A stretch of DNA of 64,000 nucleotides from Bdellovibrionales bacterium (lineage in GTDB: Bacteria; Bdellovibrionota; Bdellovibrionia; Bdellovibrionales; JAUICD01). The DNA lies in contig CBDANC010000014.1 in NCBI GenBank assembly GCA_965197425.1, positions 387,729 through 451,728 of the forward strand, given 5' to 3'. The stretch's first letter is position 1, and the number at the start of each line of letters is the position of its first letter. A model generated the notes under the pieces. It was not told the origin of the DNA, did no database searches, and saw only the letters and a program-made list of their open reading frames with translations. Below, piece after piece: positions 45,310-55,911 of this stretch. A program made the translations under genes and the position numbers.

Positions 45310-46826
45310 TTGTAAAGAAGAGATCCTTTTTTTATATATGGGAAGAGTTCTGCATAGGTTTTTATTTTTGATATACTAGTTCTTTTGTTTATAAGAGCTC
45401 TGTCTATATCTTCATGTGATTTTAATCCACAAGCCCCCATTAATTTGGCAAGATACTCTACATTGATCTTGTGATAGTTATATACACGATTGGTTTTGTT
45501 GGATACATTTAAACCCACAACTAGTGTTGGATCTTGAGTCGCAACTCCTGTAGGGCAAGTATTAGAGTTGCATTTTCTGGCCTGGATGCATCCTAAAGCG
45601 AGCATCATGCCTCTAGCTGAAGTTAGAATATCAGCCCCTAGAGCTAGCTTATTGAACATTTGAAATGCTGTTATTATTTTTCCAGAACATATTATCTTTA
45701 TATGATCTCTTATATTGTACCCCAGCAAGGTGTCATGAACAAAAATTAAGCCTTCATCAAGTGGGGTTCCTACACAATTTGAAAATTCCAAGGGAGCAGC
45801 TCCTGTTCCGCCCTCGGTTCCATCGACGCTTATGAAATCGGGGTAAGTTTTTACTTCAGTCATTGTTTTACATAGATCCAAGAATTCTTTTTTTTGTCCC
45901 ACACAGACTTTAATGCCAACAGGCTTTCCTCCTGACAGATCTCTTAATTTTTTTATAAATTCTAAAAGCCCTAAATTGTTTTTAAATGCAGAATGTTTAG
46001 AAGGAGATATTACGCTAACTCCCATTTCAACGTTTCTTATCTCTGCAATTTCTTCAGTTATTTTTTCTGCAGGTAAAATTCCGCCATGTGCGGGCTTCGC
46101 TCCTTGTGATATTTTTAGCTCGACCATCTTGACTTGTGAGTCTAAAGCTTTTTTGCTAAAAAGCTCAGGATCAAAGTTTCCATTTTTATCTCTGCATCCA
46201 AAATAGCCTGTGCCAATTTGCCAAACTAAGTCTCCCCCTGGTTTTTTATGATAAGGACTTATTGAACCTTCTCCTGTATTATGGAAAAACTTGCCCAGCT
46301 TTGCCCCTCCATTTAATGCTAAAATTGCACTCTTACTCAAAGATCCGTAACTCATGGCTGCTACATTAAAGATACTGGAAGAGTATTTTTGAGTACAGCC
46401 TGGTCCTCCAATTAATATTCTAAGATCTTCTGCATCAATTTGGGTTGGGTACATTGAATGATTTATCCATTCATACCCCACTCTATACACATCTCTTTGA
46501 GTTCCAAATGGCAAGGTGTCTAATTCAAGTTTTGCTCTTTGATAAACTATGTTTCTATATTCTCTAGAAAGGGGGGTTCCATCTGTGTTATTTTCTACAA
46601 AGTATTGTTGTATTTCAGGTCTTATACCCTCAAACATATAACGAAGCCTTCCTACCACAGGAAAGTTTTTTAAGACTGCTCTTCTGGGTTGATACATATC
46701 TAAGAGCCCTAATACAAATAAAAATGTAAGCGGAAAGAATAATAGCCAAAAGGCATTCCATACATATCCAAGACCACCTACAATCACTGATAGTGAAAGA
46801 GATATAAATAAAAATTCTAGTCTCAT
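45306..46826 (-). CDS. FMN-binding glutamate synthase family protein with an N-terminal membrane anchor
   Basis: AMSYGSLS, NTGEG, ELKISQGAKPAHGG, DGTEGGTGAAP and CIQARKC...CPTGVATQ motifs. Confidence 0.93.
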   Translation of the reverse strand: MRLEFLFISLSLSVIVGGLGYVWNAFWLLFFPLTFLFVLGLLDMYQPRRAVLKNFPVVGRLRYMFEGIRPEIQQYFVENNTDGTPLSREYRNIVYQRAKLELDTLPFGTQRDVYRVGYEWINHSMYPTQIDAEDLRILIGGPGCTQKYSSSIFNVAAMSYGSLSKSAILALNGGAKLGKFFHNTGEGSISPYHKKPGGDLVWQIGTGYFGCRDKNGNFDPELFSKKALDSQVKMVELKISQGAKPAHGGILPAEKITEEIAEIRNVEMGVSVISPSKHSAFKNNLGLLEFIKKLRDLSGGKPVGIKVCVGQKKEFLDLCKTMTEVKTYPDFISVDGTEGGTGAAPLEFSNCVGTPLDEGLIFVHDTLLGYNIRDHIKIICSGKIITAFQMFNKLALGADILTSARGMMLALGCIQARKCNSNTCPTGVATQDPTLVVGLNVSNKTNRVYNYHKINVEYLAKLMGACGLKSHEDIDRALINKRTSISKIKTYAELFPYIKKGSLLYN

Positions 46827-46870
46827 AGGTAGAAGATCGACATTATTTATTTTGATCTAAACCTAAGACT

Positions 46871-46897
46871 TAAGTTTCTGGACCTTATGCCCGACTA
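46871..46897 (+). promoter_or_regulatory. sigma28 (FliA)-like promoter
   Basis: TAAG-N15-CCCGACTA, followed by AAGGAG (46913-18) and GTG 46926. Confidence 0.45.
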
Positions 46898-46925
46898 TAT
46901 GGCCCACCGTGAAAGGAGTTTTCTT

Positions 46926-47361
46926 GTGAGAGTCTGTATTCCGTGTAAGGGAAGTGTAGTGAAAGCTAATGTCATCTTATTATTTGGAATATTTGTATTA
47001 GGCTGTGGAAATGGTAGCTCTGAGCTGAAATCATCAGAATCGTTACTGCCACCTGAATTCGATCTGACAGGTAATTGGATTATAACAGAGATTGATTGCA
47101 ACGCTGTTGGCAATGTTGACGGTGAAATTATTTCTCTGGAGAGCATTGCTTCAGTAGTTGAGCAAGAGGCGTTACACAACCCTGAGACTCGCTTTGTTCA
47201 GGACGGGAATAAAAATGGATATTCGTGGAGATATCGAAGGAACTGTAATTGATGTAAATAATATATCAGAAACCGCTACCGCAAATGTTGCCATAACATA
47301 TCAAGCTCAAGACGCCGATGTTACGTTTATATGTAACAGCAAGAGCAGGCGCAATAGCTAA
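46926..47361 (+). pseudogene. Frameshifted lipoprotein with a lipocalin-like DLTGNW motif
   Basis: Lipobox FVLGC and FDLTGNWIIT. The reading frame breaks at the A5 run 47211-15; removing one A joins it to MDIRGDIEGTVIDV... Confidence 0.55.
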
Positions 47362-47422
47362 CAATAATACAGATCTATTTCTAAGATTAAACAGTTTAAT
47401 TATAGGTAGCAACAATGTTAAA

Positions 47423-47908
47423 CTAAAAGTTAGTATCTTTTGAACCACAGGCAGGCATTTCTGGGGCATAGGGATTTTGAATTGCATCTTGCTTTGCGCT
47501 ATTTTGTACCCAAACTTTTTTCACCATAGGACAAGAGTAGGCATTATATTTTCCTACATCATATGTTTTTACTATATGAACCAAAGCTTTTGAAACAAAG
47601 TCATATGCCTCATTATTTTTCTCTCTTTTTGCCTTTGCAGTTATTTCTGAAAGCTTCGTTTTAGAAAGCTCCAAAAGACTTGCTAATTCCTTATCTTTTA
47701 TTTCTTCAATAGCAGCTTTGAGTTGTTTTGCCGCTGTTTCTACTTTGGTAGCATCATAGGTAAAAAAGGCACTGTGCAATTGTTCGTTAACTTGTAACGC
47801 CTTTAAAACTTGAGGCTTTAGTGTATCAGAAAGATTTTTTCTATCAGCCCACAAATCTACAGATATGATTAATACTGACATTGCCAAAAATACTGATATA
47901 TTTTTCAT
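47423..47908 (-). CDS. Exported DUF3347-like putative heavy-metal-binding protein
   Basis: Signal peptide; YSCPMV...WVQ...IQNPY...M..CG motif. Confidence 0.8.
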   Translation of the reverse strand: MKNISVFLAMSVLIISVDLWADRKNLSDTLKPQVLKALQVNEQLHSAFFTYDATKVETAAKQLKAAIEEIKDKELASLLELSKTKLSEITAKAKREKNNEAYDFVSKALVHIVKTYDVGKYNAYSCPMVKKVWVQNSAKQDAIQNPYAPEMPACGSKDTNF

Positions 47909-48195
47909 GTTTTCCCTCCAAAGTTATGCTATTAGATAATAGTATTATAAAATAGTTTGCAAGCTAAATCTTAAAAATCAACCGTGGATTTTAAATATAA
48001 TTGGATTGTATCAATACACAAAATTCTAGTAAAACACCGCCCTTTTATGCCAACCACTTGTGTTTATGGAACGGGCGCTTTGTTTATGTTGAATTTGCTT
48101 ATTTGAGTACATAGTTAGACTATGGTATACCCAACAGACTTAGTTTATAGGATTAATCCTGGTTAAAGGCCAAAAAATAAAAACAAAAAAACTTA

Positions 48196-51100
48196 ATGAA
48201 ATCAAATGAAATCACAAAGCATAAAATATTAAGCCTTTTAAAAGCCAGCAGAATTTGTGCCAATATAGAAAGCTCTCCTTTGGCAGCGGCATTTTTTATT
48301 TATGAAATTTTAAATAGTTTTCAAACTAATGAGTTAAAACCCTTGTTGTTAATAACATCAAGCGAACAAGAAGCGTTTGATTTAAAAAAGAATTTTGATT
48401 TTTTTAATATTCCCAATAAATATTTACCCAGCTTTGATGTGTTACCATACTCAGGATTATATCCAAGCCCCGAAACTTCTCATAGAAGGGCGAGCGTTTT
48501 TTATGAATCAAGAGTTAATGGAGCAGACGAAACTAAGATTTTTATTTCATCAGTTAGAGCGATGATTCAAAAAAGTATTCCAAAAAGTGTGTTTGAAAAA
48601 CATATTATAACTTTTTGTTGTAATCAGATAATAGAAGAAGAGATTTATCAAAGGCTTGAAAACATAGGCTACTTTTCCGCTACAGTAGTGGAGCGTCCTG
48701 GTCAGTTTGCAAAAAGAGGATGTATTCTGGATGTTTTTTCAAGAGAGCCTGTAAGAATAGAGTTTTTTGATAATACAATAGAATCCATTAGGATTTTTGA
48801 TCCTAAAACCGGAAAGTCCATAAAAAAAATAGAAAAAACAGATATAATGCCATGTAGAGAAGTAGTGATTACAGACGAAGCCAGGGCTTATGCCAGTGCT
48901 TTGTTTCAAAAGGAAATATCTAAAAGATCCATTTCAATGCACAGAGCATCTAGCGTGTTAAATGGTATTTTAATGGGTAGGTATTTTGACGGCATTGACT
49001 ACTTATTATCCTATTATTATCCAAACGCCACAAATGCAATTGAACACTTCAATCTCTTTAATTTTTTTGTTTTAAATTTGAAAGATATAAAAAGATCTCA
49101 AGATGAATTTCTGGATAAGTTAGAAGAAAAAAGACTAAAGAACATGGATCATCTAATTTCTCCTTCTATTTCTCAAATATATGAACCATTAGATGAATCG
49201 TTATATGATCAAATATCACAAAATATCAAAATTGCTTTCAACGAAGTAAATCTTAGTGAAGATAAAAAAGTAGAATTTTTGGAATCAAAAATTAATACAG
49301 GGTATAAAATTATAATAGGATCTAGTTCTAGATCATATCGAGACAAGCTGTGTATAATGCTAAAAAAACTTCACCCCAGCTTAAATGAAGAAGTTAATCA
49401 AGAGATACCTGTTCAGATATTATCTAAACAAATTAGTCAAAGCATGGAACTGCCCCATAAAAAACTTATATTTATAAGGGAAGAAGACTTTTTTAACAAA
49501 AGGTATGTTGATGAGCAAAAGATCTCAATTCTGCCAGAAATTATAGATGAAAGTAGAAGTTGGCTACTAGACATAAACGAAAATAGCAAAGTAATTCATG
49601 TAGATCATGGCATTGGCTTTTATAAAGGTCTAAAAATCATAAATTTTCAAAATATAGAAAATGAGTTTTTAGAAATAGCATATAAAAATAACGATAAGTT
49701 ATATCTTCCGGTTTTTAAATTGAGCGAAGTTAGAAGGTATAGTGGCAGTGGAAATGTGGATAAATTAGGAGGATCTTCGTGGCATACCTCCAAGGTAAAA
49801 ATAAAAAATCGTTTAAAAGATATTTCAGAGCATCTTGTAGAGTTGTATGCCAGAAGAAAATGTACAATTAGGCCTCCGTTTGATGCTCCTGGAGCAAGCT
49901 TTAGAAAATTCGAAGAGGAATTTTTATATGAAGAAACTCCAGATCAACTGAAAGCCATAAGAGATGTTCTAGCAGATTTACAGGCAGAAGTTCCCATGGA
50001 CAGGTTGATTTGCGGAGATGTGGGCTTTGGTAAAACAGAAGTTGCTATGAGAGCAATTTTTTATTGTGTAGAGAATAATAAGCAATGCCTTTTTTTAGTT
50101 CCTACTACAATACTGTGCCTTCAACATTACAATACCCTGGTCGACAGGTTTAAAAATTATCCTATAATAATAAAAAGTTTAAGTAGGTTTACACCAAAAA
50201 AAGAAGCAAGCCCCATCTTGGAAGGATTAGAAAATCAAAGCATAGATGTAGTTGTGGGTACTCATAAACTCTTAAATAAGAATATTAAAATAAAAAACCT
50301 AAGCCTTGTTGTTATTGATGAAGAGCAAAAATTTGGGGTGTTACAAAAAGAAAAAATTAAAAAGTTAAAAACCAATGTAGATATGCTTTCTGTTTCTGCC
50401 ACACCAATTCCTAGAACCCTAAATATGAGTCTTATGGGGTTAAGAGACTTAAGTATTATAAAAACTCCTCCAAAAAGTAGAGTCCCCATTAAAACTTTTG
50501 TAATTACAGAAGATCATGCAACAATCAGACAGGCCACTTTGTTTGAAATAAAACGAGGAGGGCAGGTTCTATATGTGTATAACAAAATAGCATCTATACT
50601 TAAAAAGAAAGAACAATTAACAAAGCTTGTTCCAGAAGCCAGAATTAGAGTGGCACATGGTGGAATACATGAATCTGATTTAGAACAAGTTGCTATGGAC
50701 TTTTACTCTGGAAATTTTGATCTGCTGCTTTGTACAACCATTATAGAATCTGGCTTAGATATTCCGCAGGTGAATACCATGTTTATTGAGAGAGCGGATT
50801 TGTTAGGCCTTTCTCAATTATACCAACTAAGAGGGCGTATCGGAAGAAGTAACCTGGAAAGCTTTTGTTATCTAATGACTCCAGAGGATCATCTAATAAA
50901 TGAACATGCAAAAGATAGACTTAAACTTATAAAAGAATTTTCCAAATTAGGAGATGGGCTACAAGTAGCCAGACAGGATTTAGAGTATAGAGGATCTGGA
51001 AATATATTAGGAGATGAGCAAGCCGGGCATATTGATCAAATAGGGTATGAACTTTATATGGAATTATTGGATGAGGCAATTAATATTGCCAAGAAAAATC

Positions 51101-51555
51101 CGCTAACTCTGGCTCCAGATCCTGATATAGACATACCAATATCTGCTTTAATACCGGATAAATATATGCCTGACATAAGATCAAGACTTTATTTTTATAG
51201 AAAACTCTCTAAAGCAAAATCTATGAATGAAATAGACACGTTAGAAGAATCTATTAGAGATCAATTTGGAGCATTGCCTCAAAAAGTGCTGCATTTAATA
51301 GGCGTAATGTCTATTAGAGTTTTGTGTAAAAATCTTGGAATAGAAGATTTGAAGTGTGGAGCCAGATTTTTGATATTAAAATTTCAGGATAACTCAAGAC
51401 TAAATGTAGATGCATTAATTAAGCTTGCATTAGATCAGGACAAATATAAACTTAGTGAAAATTATAAATTAAAAATAAAATTAAAATCAGACCTCTTAAA
51501 TGACATTTATCAGGAGCTTTTGGAGCTTGAGGCCAAAATAAAGCTAAATATGTAA
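48196..51555 (+). CDS. mfd: Transcription-repair coupling factor
   Basis: HVDHGIG, MDRLICGDVGFGKTEVA, IDEEQKFGV, SATPIPRTL, QLRGRIGR and DLEYRGSGNILG motifs. Confidence 0.98.
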   Translation: MKSNEITKHKILSLLKASRICANIESSPLAAAFFIYEILNSFQTNELKPLLLITSSEQEAFDLKKNFDFFNIPNKYLPSFDVLPYSGLYPSPETSHRRASVFYESRVNGADETKIFISSVRAMIQKSIPKSVFEKHIITFCCNQIIEEEIYQRLENIGYFSATVVERPGQFAKRGCILDVFSREPVRIEFFDNTIESIRIFDPKTGKSIKKIEKTDIMPCREVVITDEARAYASALFQKEISKRSISMHRASSVLNGILMGRYFDGIDYLLSYYYPNATNAIEHFNLFNFFVLNLKDIKRSQDEFLDKLEEKRLKNMDHLISPSISQIYEPLDESLYDQISQNIKIAFNEVNLSEDKKVEFLESKINTGYKIIIGSSSRSYRDKLCIMLKKLHPSLNEEVNQEIPVQILSKQISQSMELPHKKLIFIREEDFFNKRYVDEQKISILPEIIDESRSWLLDINENSKVIHVDHGIGFYKGLKIINFQNIENEFLEIAYKNNDKLYLPVFKLSEVRRYSGSGNVDKLGGSSWHTSKVKIKNRLKDISEHLVELYARRKCTIRPPFDAPGASFRKFEEEFLYEETPDQLKAIRDVLADLQAEVPMDRLICGDVGFGKTEVAMRAIFYCVENNKQCLFLVPTTILCLQHYNTLVDRFKNYPIIIKSLSRFTPKKEASPILEGLENQSIDVVVGTHKLLNKNIKIKNLSLVVIDEEQKFGVLQKEKIKKLKTNVDMLSVSATPIPRTLNMSLMGLRDLSIIKTPPKSRVPIKTFVITEDHATIRQATLFEIKRGGQVLYVYNKIASILKKKEQLTKLVPEARIRVAHGGIHESDLEQVAMDFYSGNFDLLLCTTIIESGLDIPQVNTMFIERADLLGLSQLYQLRGRIGRSNLESFCYLMTPEDHLINEHAKDRLKLIKEFSKLGDGLQVARQDLEYRGSGNILGDEQAGHIDQIGYELYMELLDEAINIAKKNPLTLAPDPDIDIPISALIPDKYMPDIRSRLYFYRKLSKAKSMNEIDTLEESIRDQFGALPQKVLHLIGVMSIRVLCKNLGIEDLKCGARFLILKFQDNSRLNVDALIKLALDQDKYKLSENYKLKIKLKSDLLNDIYQELLELEAKIKLNM

Positions 51556-51575
51556 ATAAAATTAGATATAAAAGT

Positions 51576-52364
51576 TTAAAATTCAATCTTTAATGATACA
51601 TCAAAGAACATTTCTCCTGACAGATCAAATTGATCTTGAGAAATTGGCTGAAGCCTAGTTACACCTATTCCTATAAAGGTGTTTTCAATACTTCTTTCAA
51701 AATAGGAAGAAATGTCTCCATCTTTATCTAACCAGTCGAGCTGAAACCAGACTCCAGCTGACATATAAATATTGATGTTTTTACCCTCAAAAGAATATAT
51801 TCTTTGTCCAGTTGCAGGATCTGTAAGATCGTTTCTTTGTATAGTTCCTGAGTCTGTTGCACTGGTTCCTGTTTCATCTTCTGTAGTAGAGGAAGACGAG
51901 GGCAAAGCTTCTCTGTAAAAGAAAAGCATTGTTCCGGTAGATAAATATGGAACAATATATGGCTCAGAAAAAACATTATCCAAAGCCCAAGTAAACCCTA
52001 ACTTTCCTGGCAAAATATAAATTTGAGATTCATGGGCTTCATTTAAATAAAAACCCGCTCCAAGATCAAGCGATAGAGACCCAATGACAGAATTCCACTT
52101 AAGAGAATAAAGGGCAGATAAAAGTGGAACTCTTGTACTAGAATAAAAATCCTCAAAAGCCATTCCAGAAACTGTATAGTTGTGTGGTGTGTATGTAGAA
52201 TAAGATAAAGAGATCATTTGTGTAAACTCGTTTCTTCTTGTTCGATATGGGTTTAACACCATAGAATCTTGTCCACCAAAAGCTCTGGAGCTATCCTCTA
52301 TTTTAACGGAGTTAGCTTCTAACATGTTAGGCATGCTAAGAAAAAATAATAGAAAGAAAATCAT
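51576..52364 (-). CDS. Putative outer-membrane beta-barrel protein
   Basis: Signal peptide, alternating amphipathic strands, IVPY, and C-terminal beta-signal VSLKIEF. Confidence 0.65.
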   Translation of the reverse strand: MIFFLLFFLSMPNMLEANSVKIEDSSRAFGGQDSMVLNPYRTRRNEFTQMISLSYSTYTPHNYTVSGMAFEDFYSSTRVPLLSALYSLKWNSVIGSLSLDLGAGFYLNEAHESQIYILPGKLGFTWALDNVFSEPYIVPYLSTGTMLFFYREALPSSSSTTEDETGTSATDSGTIQRNDLTDPATGQRIYSFEGKNINIYMSAGVWFQLDWLDKDGDISSYFERSIENTFIGIGVTRLQPISQDQFDLSGEMFFDVSLKIEF

Positions 52365-52534
52365 TGCTTTAGAAATTATAAAATATAACCTAGGCTACAT
52401 AATAGAAAAAAAGCTATTTGATTAAAATGGAATAAAAAACACATACTTAAGTATTGAAATAGGTATATGGAATTAGAGCAAACACTAGAGATTTAACGAA
52501 TAAAGATGGTTTTAAATAAAAACTGGATAGATAT

Positions 52535-53671
52535 ATGCAGCATTTTTTAAACAAACATCCTGAATTTAAAAAAGTTTTTCATGAATATCCATTTCCTAAA
52601 AACTTATTATCGAAAAAGCGTATAAATCTTTCCTCTGAAAACTTCAGGCGATGTGTTGATATAATAAATACATTTTGGGTCCTCAGAGAGGATGGGGGGT
52701 ATAGAAAGCTTGTTTATGACCATTCTTTATCACAAGCTGTGCATGATCCTACAAACTACTCTATGCTTATGTGTTTTGACTTTCATATAACTTCCGAGGG
52801 GCCTAAGCTTATCGAAATCAACACAAACGCTGCCTTTGGAATTATAGCTTGGTATTTGAGTGAAACTGAAGGGTGCAATGTACAGAACATTGGCTTCGAT
52901 AGGCTTTTACAAAACACAATACATAAGGAAAGTAACCACTTAGGGTTAAAATTATTAAACATAGCAATAATAGACGAAACTCCACAAAAGCAGGCAACCT
53001 TTTTTGAATTCCAGTATTTCAAGATACTGTTTGAAAGTTGGGGGCATAAAGTGATTATTTGTGACACAAAAGATTTGATTTTTAAACATAACCAACTAAC
53101 AACAAAAGAAGGAAAAAATATAAATTTTGTCTATAATAGATGTTGTGATTTTTTATTTGAAAAACCAGAGCACCTACATTTAAAGAATGCTTTTTTAAGT
53201 AAGGCAGTTTGCTTTAGTCCAAACCCACATGAATACAATTTGCTAGCGAACAAGCAAAGATTCATAGACTTAAGCAATGCGGAATTTTTATCAAACCTTA
53301 ACATAGATAAAAGATATAAAAATATAATCAAAAATACAGTTCCAAAATCATTTAACATAACCGACTTCGATATAGAAGAGCTTAAACTTATAAAATCCAA
53401 ATATGTATTTAAGCCTAAAACATTGTATGGTAGCAAGGCTGTGTATATAGGGAAAAGTATTTCTCAAACCAAACTTTCTTCCATATATGATGATATGTTT
53501 ATGGTCCAAGAATATATACCTCCTTCTAAGTTAGATGAGTATAAGTACGATCTTAGAATTTATGTTTATAAAAATGAGATACACTTGATGACGGCGAGGT
53601 TATATAAAGGCCAGGTTGCCAATGCAAGTTCCGATGGTGGGGGGCTTGCCAGCGTTACTGTGAAGGATTAA
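52535..53671 (+). CDS. ATP-grasp ligase of the glutathione-synthetase-like / circularly permuted type
   Basis: FDFHIT..GPKLIEINTN, VYNR, NP, ANKQ, VFKP..LYGSKAV, VQEYIPP, DLRIY, ARL and GGG motifs. Confidence 0.75.
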   Translation: MQHFLNKHPEFKKVFHEYPFPKNLLSKKRINLSSENFRRCVDIINTFWVLREDGGYRKLVYDHSLSQAVHDPTNYSMLMCFDFHITSEGPKLIEINTNAAFGIIAWYLSETEGCNVQNIGFDRLLQNTIHKESNHLGLKLLNIAIIDETPQKQATFFEFQYFKILFESWGHKVIICDTKDLIFKHNQLTTKEGKNINFVYNRCCDFLFEKPEHLHLKNAFLSKAVCFSPNPHEYNLLANKQRFIDLSNAEFLSNLNIDKRYKNIIKNTVPKSFNITDFDIEELKLIKSKYVFKPKTLYGSKAVYIGKSISQTKLSSIYDDMFMVQEYIPPSKLDEYKYDLRIYVYKNEIHLMTARLYKGQVANASSDGGGLASVTVKD

Positions 53672-54446
53672 CTTTTGGTTTGGTCCAATATTTTTCAAAG
53701 TGTAAATTGCCTTTCTGATTTTTAGTATGTCTACTAAACCCAAGCTTTTCAAACTTTGAAATTAAATTCTCGATCATTTGAGGGTTTCCACATAACATAA
53801 TAGCTGTGTTGTTTGGATCAATATTCCCCCAAATTTTATTAAAACTTGTAAGCTCAAGCACATTTTGTACACGCCCTTTTGTGCCATTCCACATTTTGCA
53901 GGGGCGACTTACAACTGGGAAAAAATAAAAGTTTTCTCTTAAGAGCTGTAGTTTCGAAAGTTCATCAAAATATCCAAAGTCTTTTGAATTTCTAACCCCA
54001 TGTATTAAGCTCACTTTTCTATCCACTCCTAAGGTTTCATAAGTTCTAAGCATGCTAACATAAGGACATACTCCAGTGCCTGTAGCAATAAAAATTAAAT
54101 TGGGCTCTATGATTTCTTTTAAAGTAAAAAATCCAGTAATTCTTTTGGCAAGCCAAACTCTGTCATTTTTTTTTAGGCTAAAAATCTTTTTAGTCAAAAC
54201 TCCATTTTCAACCTTTGAAACAAATAGTTCTAACTCATTTGAATTATTTTTATTTGCTACAGAATATGCCCTTTTAATAATTTTATCGCCAATTATCAAA
54301 CCTATAGTTGCAAATTGTCCTGGTTCAAATTGAAAAAATTCATTACTTTTTTTTACCTTAAGCTTGATAAGATTTTCATTAACCAAGGAAGCTTCCTTGA
54401 CTACCGCATTTAATTGGGACTCCATGGGGGCTTTAGTAACATACAA
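53655..54446 (-). CDS. fpr: Ferredoxin/flavodoxin--NADP+ reductase
   Basis: FEPGQF, RAYSV, IATGTGVCPY, HGVR, CGNPQMI and EKYW motifs. Confidence 0.92.
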   Translation of the reverse strand: MYVTKAPMESQLNAVVKEASLVNENLIKLKVKKSNEFFQFEPGQFATIGLIIGDKIIKRAYSVANKNNSNELELFVSKVENGVLTKKIFSLKKNDRVWLAKRITGFFTLKEIIEPNLIFIATGTGVCPYVSMLRTYETLGVDRKVSLIHGVRNSKDFGYFDELSKLQLLRENFYFFPVVSRPCKMWNGTKGRVQNVLELTSFNKIWGNIDPNNTAIMLCGNPQMIENLISKFEKLGFSRHTKNQKGNLHFEKYWTKPKVNPSQ

Positions 54447-54498
54447 TTAGGGCTTAAGCCACAGTTTAAACTACACTTGAAGTGCAAATATTAAAATT

Positions 54499-55161
54499 AT
54501 GAACTTTAACCTAATTCATATAATTGACTATTTTAGATGCTGTGCTTGTTGTGGCATTGATTTGGGTACCTGGGCTTTATTTGAGGATAAAGAAGATTAC
54601 TGGATTTGTATGTCTTGTAAAAAATTTCTAGACACAGATGTATTTAAACTTACTGTAAGTGAGTTGGATTCGGATATTAGCTTTCTTAGCTTGTGCGAGT
54701 GGAGAGATAATAATTATGATCTAATTTCAAATCTGGCATCAAATCTTAAGGGGAATTATAATAATAAAGGTTGGAAGTGGGTGGCAAATAGTTTAGTGAG
54801 ACATTTGATTTTAGCAAGCAAGCTTCCTCCTAAAGATACGGTGATAATCCCGGTCCCCTGTGGAGATGAGCAGAGGAAGCATTCTAACATCTGGGCAAAG
54901 GAATTGGGAAAAGAGTTGAACCTTTCAGTTGACATCACTCTTCTAAATTATAACCAAAGAAAATTTAGACAAGCTATTTTGGACAAAAAGGATAGAATGA
55001 GCATCAACATACAATCAAAAAAACATAATTATAAAAATATTATTATTGTAGATGATGTGTGTACTACAGGCTCCACAGTGAGAGCTTCTAAAAATGCCTT
55101 GATAAAGGCTAGTAGCAAGAAGCCAAGGTTTGAAGCTATTGGATTTGTTAAAAGGGTCTGA
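54499..55161 (+). CDS. comF: ComF-family phosphoribosyltransferase-like protein
   Basis: N-terminal CxxC...CxxC, IIPVP and IIVDDVCTTGST. Confidence 0.85.
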   Translation: MNFNLIHIIDYFRCCACCGIDLGTWALFEDKEDYWICMSCKKFLDTDVFKLTVSELDSDISFLSLCEWRDNNYDLISNLASNLKGNYNNKGWKWVANSLVRHLILASKLPPKDTVIIPVPCGDEQRKHSNIWAKELGKELNLSVDITLLNYNQRKFRQAILDKKDRMSINIQSKKHNYKNIIIVDDVCTTGSTVRASKNALIKASSKKPRFEAIGFVKRV

Positions 55162-55207
55162 TAAATTTTTTGTATAAAAACAAATTCTAAGATAAGCTTG
55201 GACCTCG

Positions 55208-55858
55208 ATGGGTTGGGTTAAATATTTCTTTTTAGTGGGCTTTGGGTGTGGAATTTCAATTTGTGGAATTTCAACCTGGGCAGTTTCCGATTTAACTAAA
55301 ATAGAATTATTATCAAAAATAGCTTCTAAGTATGGCAACTTTAACAGCTTCTCTTCAGATTTAGAAAAAACAACTGTACTTAAAGCCCTTGCTTTAAAAA
55401 AAACCTATTCAGGGAAACTTAATTTCTCAAAAGATAAGATAAGACTTGATATAAAAACTCCTTCTAAATCAATAGTTTTATTTGATAACAAGCAGATTAC
55501 AACAGTACAGTATCCTGAAGACGCAGAGTTTGATGACACTATAAGAGTTATGAAAACAAAAACAAATAACTTTTTGAATCAAATGCTCCAAGGTGACTTT
55601 ACAAAGCTTAAAGTTCTAAGCGTTGCTACTAAGGGAGATATCGTAACTTATGAACTTGTTCCCAAAAAACCAATTGGGCTTACGAAAGCTAGTGTATCAA
55701 TTGATTCTAAAAAAATTTTAGTCACACAATTTAGTTATTGGGATACTTTGGAAAATAAAACTTCATTTATATTTAGCAACGTTGTTACTGGTAGAAAAAT
55801 AGAGGACAACCTATTTGAGCTAAAAATTCCTAAAAACGCTATTACTACCGAACTATAA
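55208..55858 (+). CDS. lolA: LolA-family outer-membrane lipoprotein carrier
   Basis: Signal peptide, YSGKLNF...IRLD, YELVPK, DTLENKT.F.FSN and FELKIPK motifs. Confidence 0.8.
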   Translation: MGWVKYFFLVGFGCGISICGISTWAVSDLTKIELLSKIASKYGNFNSFSSDLEKTTVLKALALKKTYSGKLNFSKDKIRLDIKTPSKSIVLFDNKQITTVQYPEDAEFDDTIRVMKTKTNNFLNQMLQGDFTKLKVLSVATKGDIVTYELVPKKPIGLTKASVSIDSKKILVTQFSYWDTLENKTSFIFSNVVTGRKIEDNLFELKIPKNAITTEL

Positions 55859-55911
55859 TCTTTTGTGCGAGATCAAAAAAACAATTAAAGCATTATGATA
55901 TAAGCACCAAG

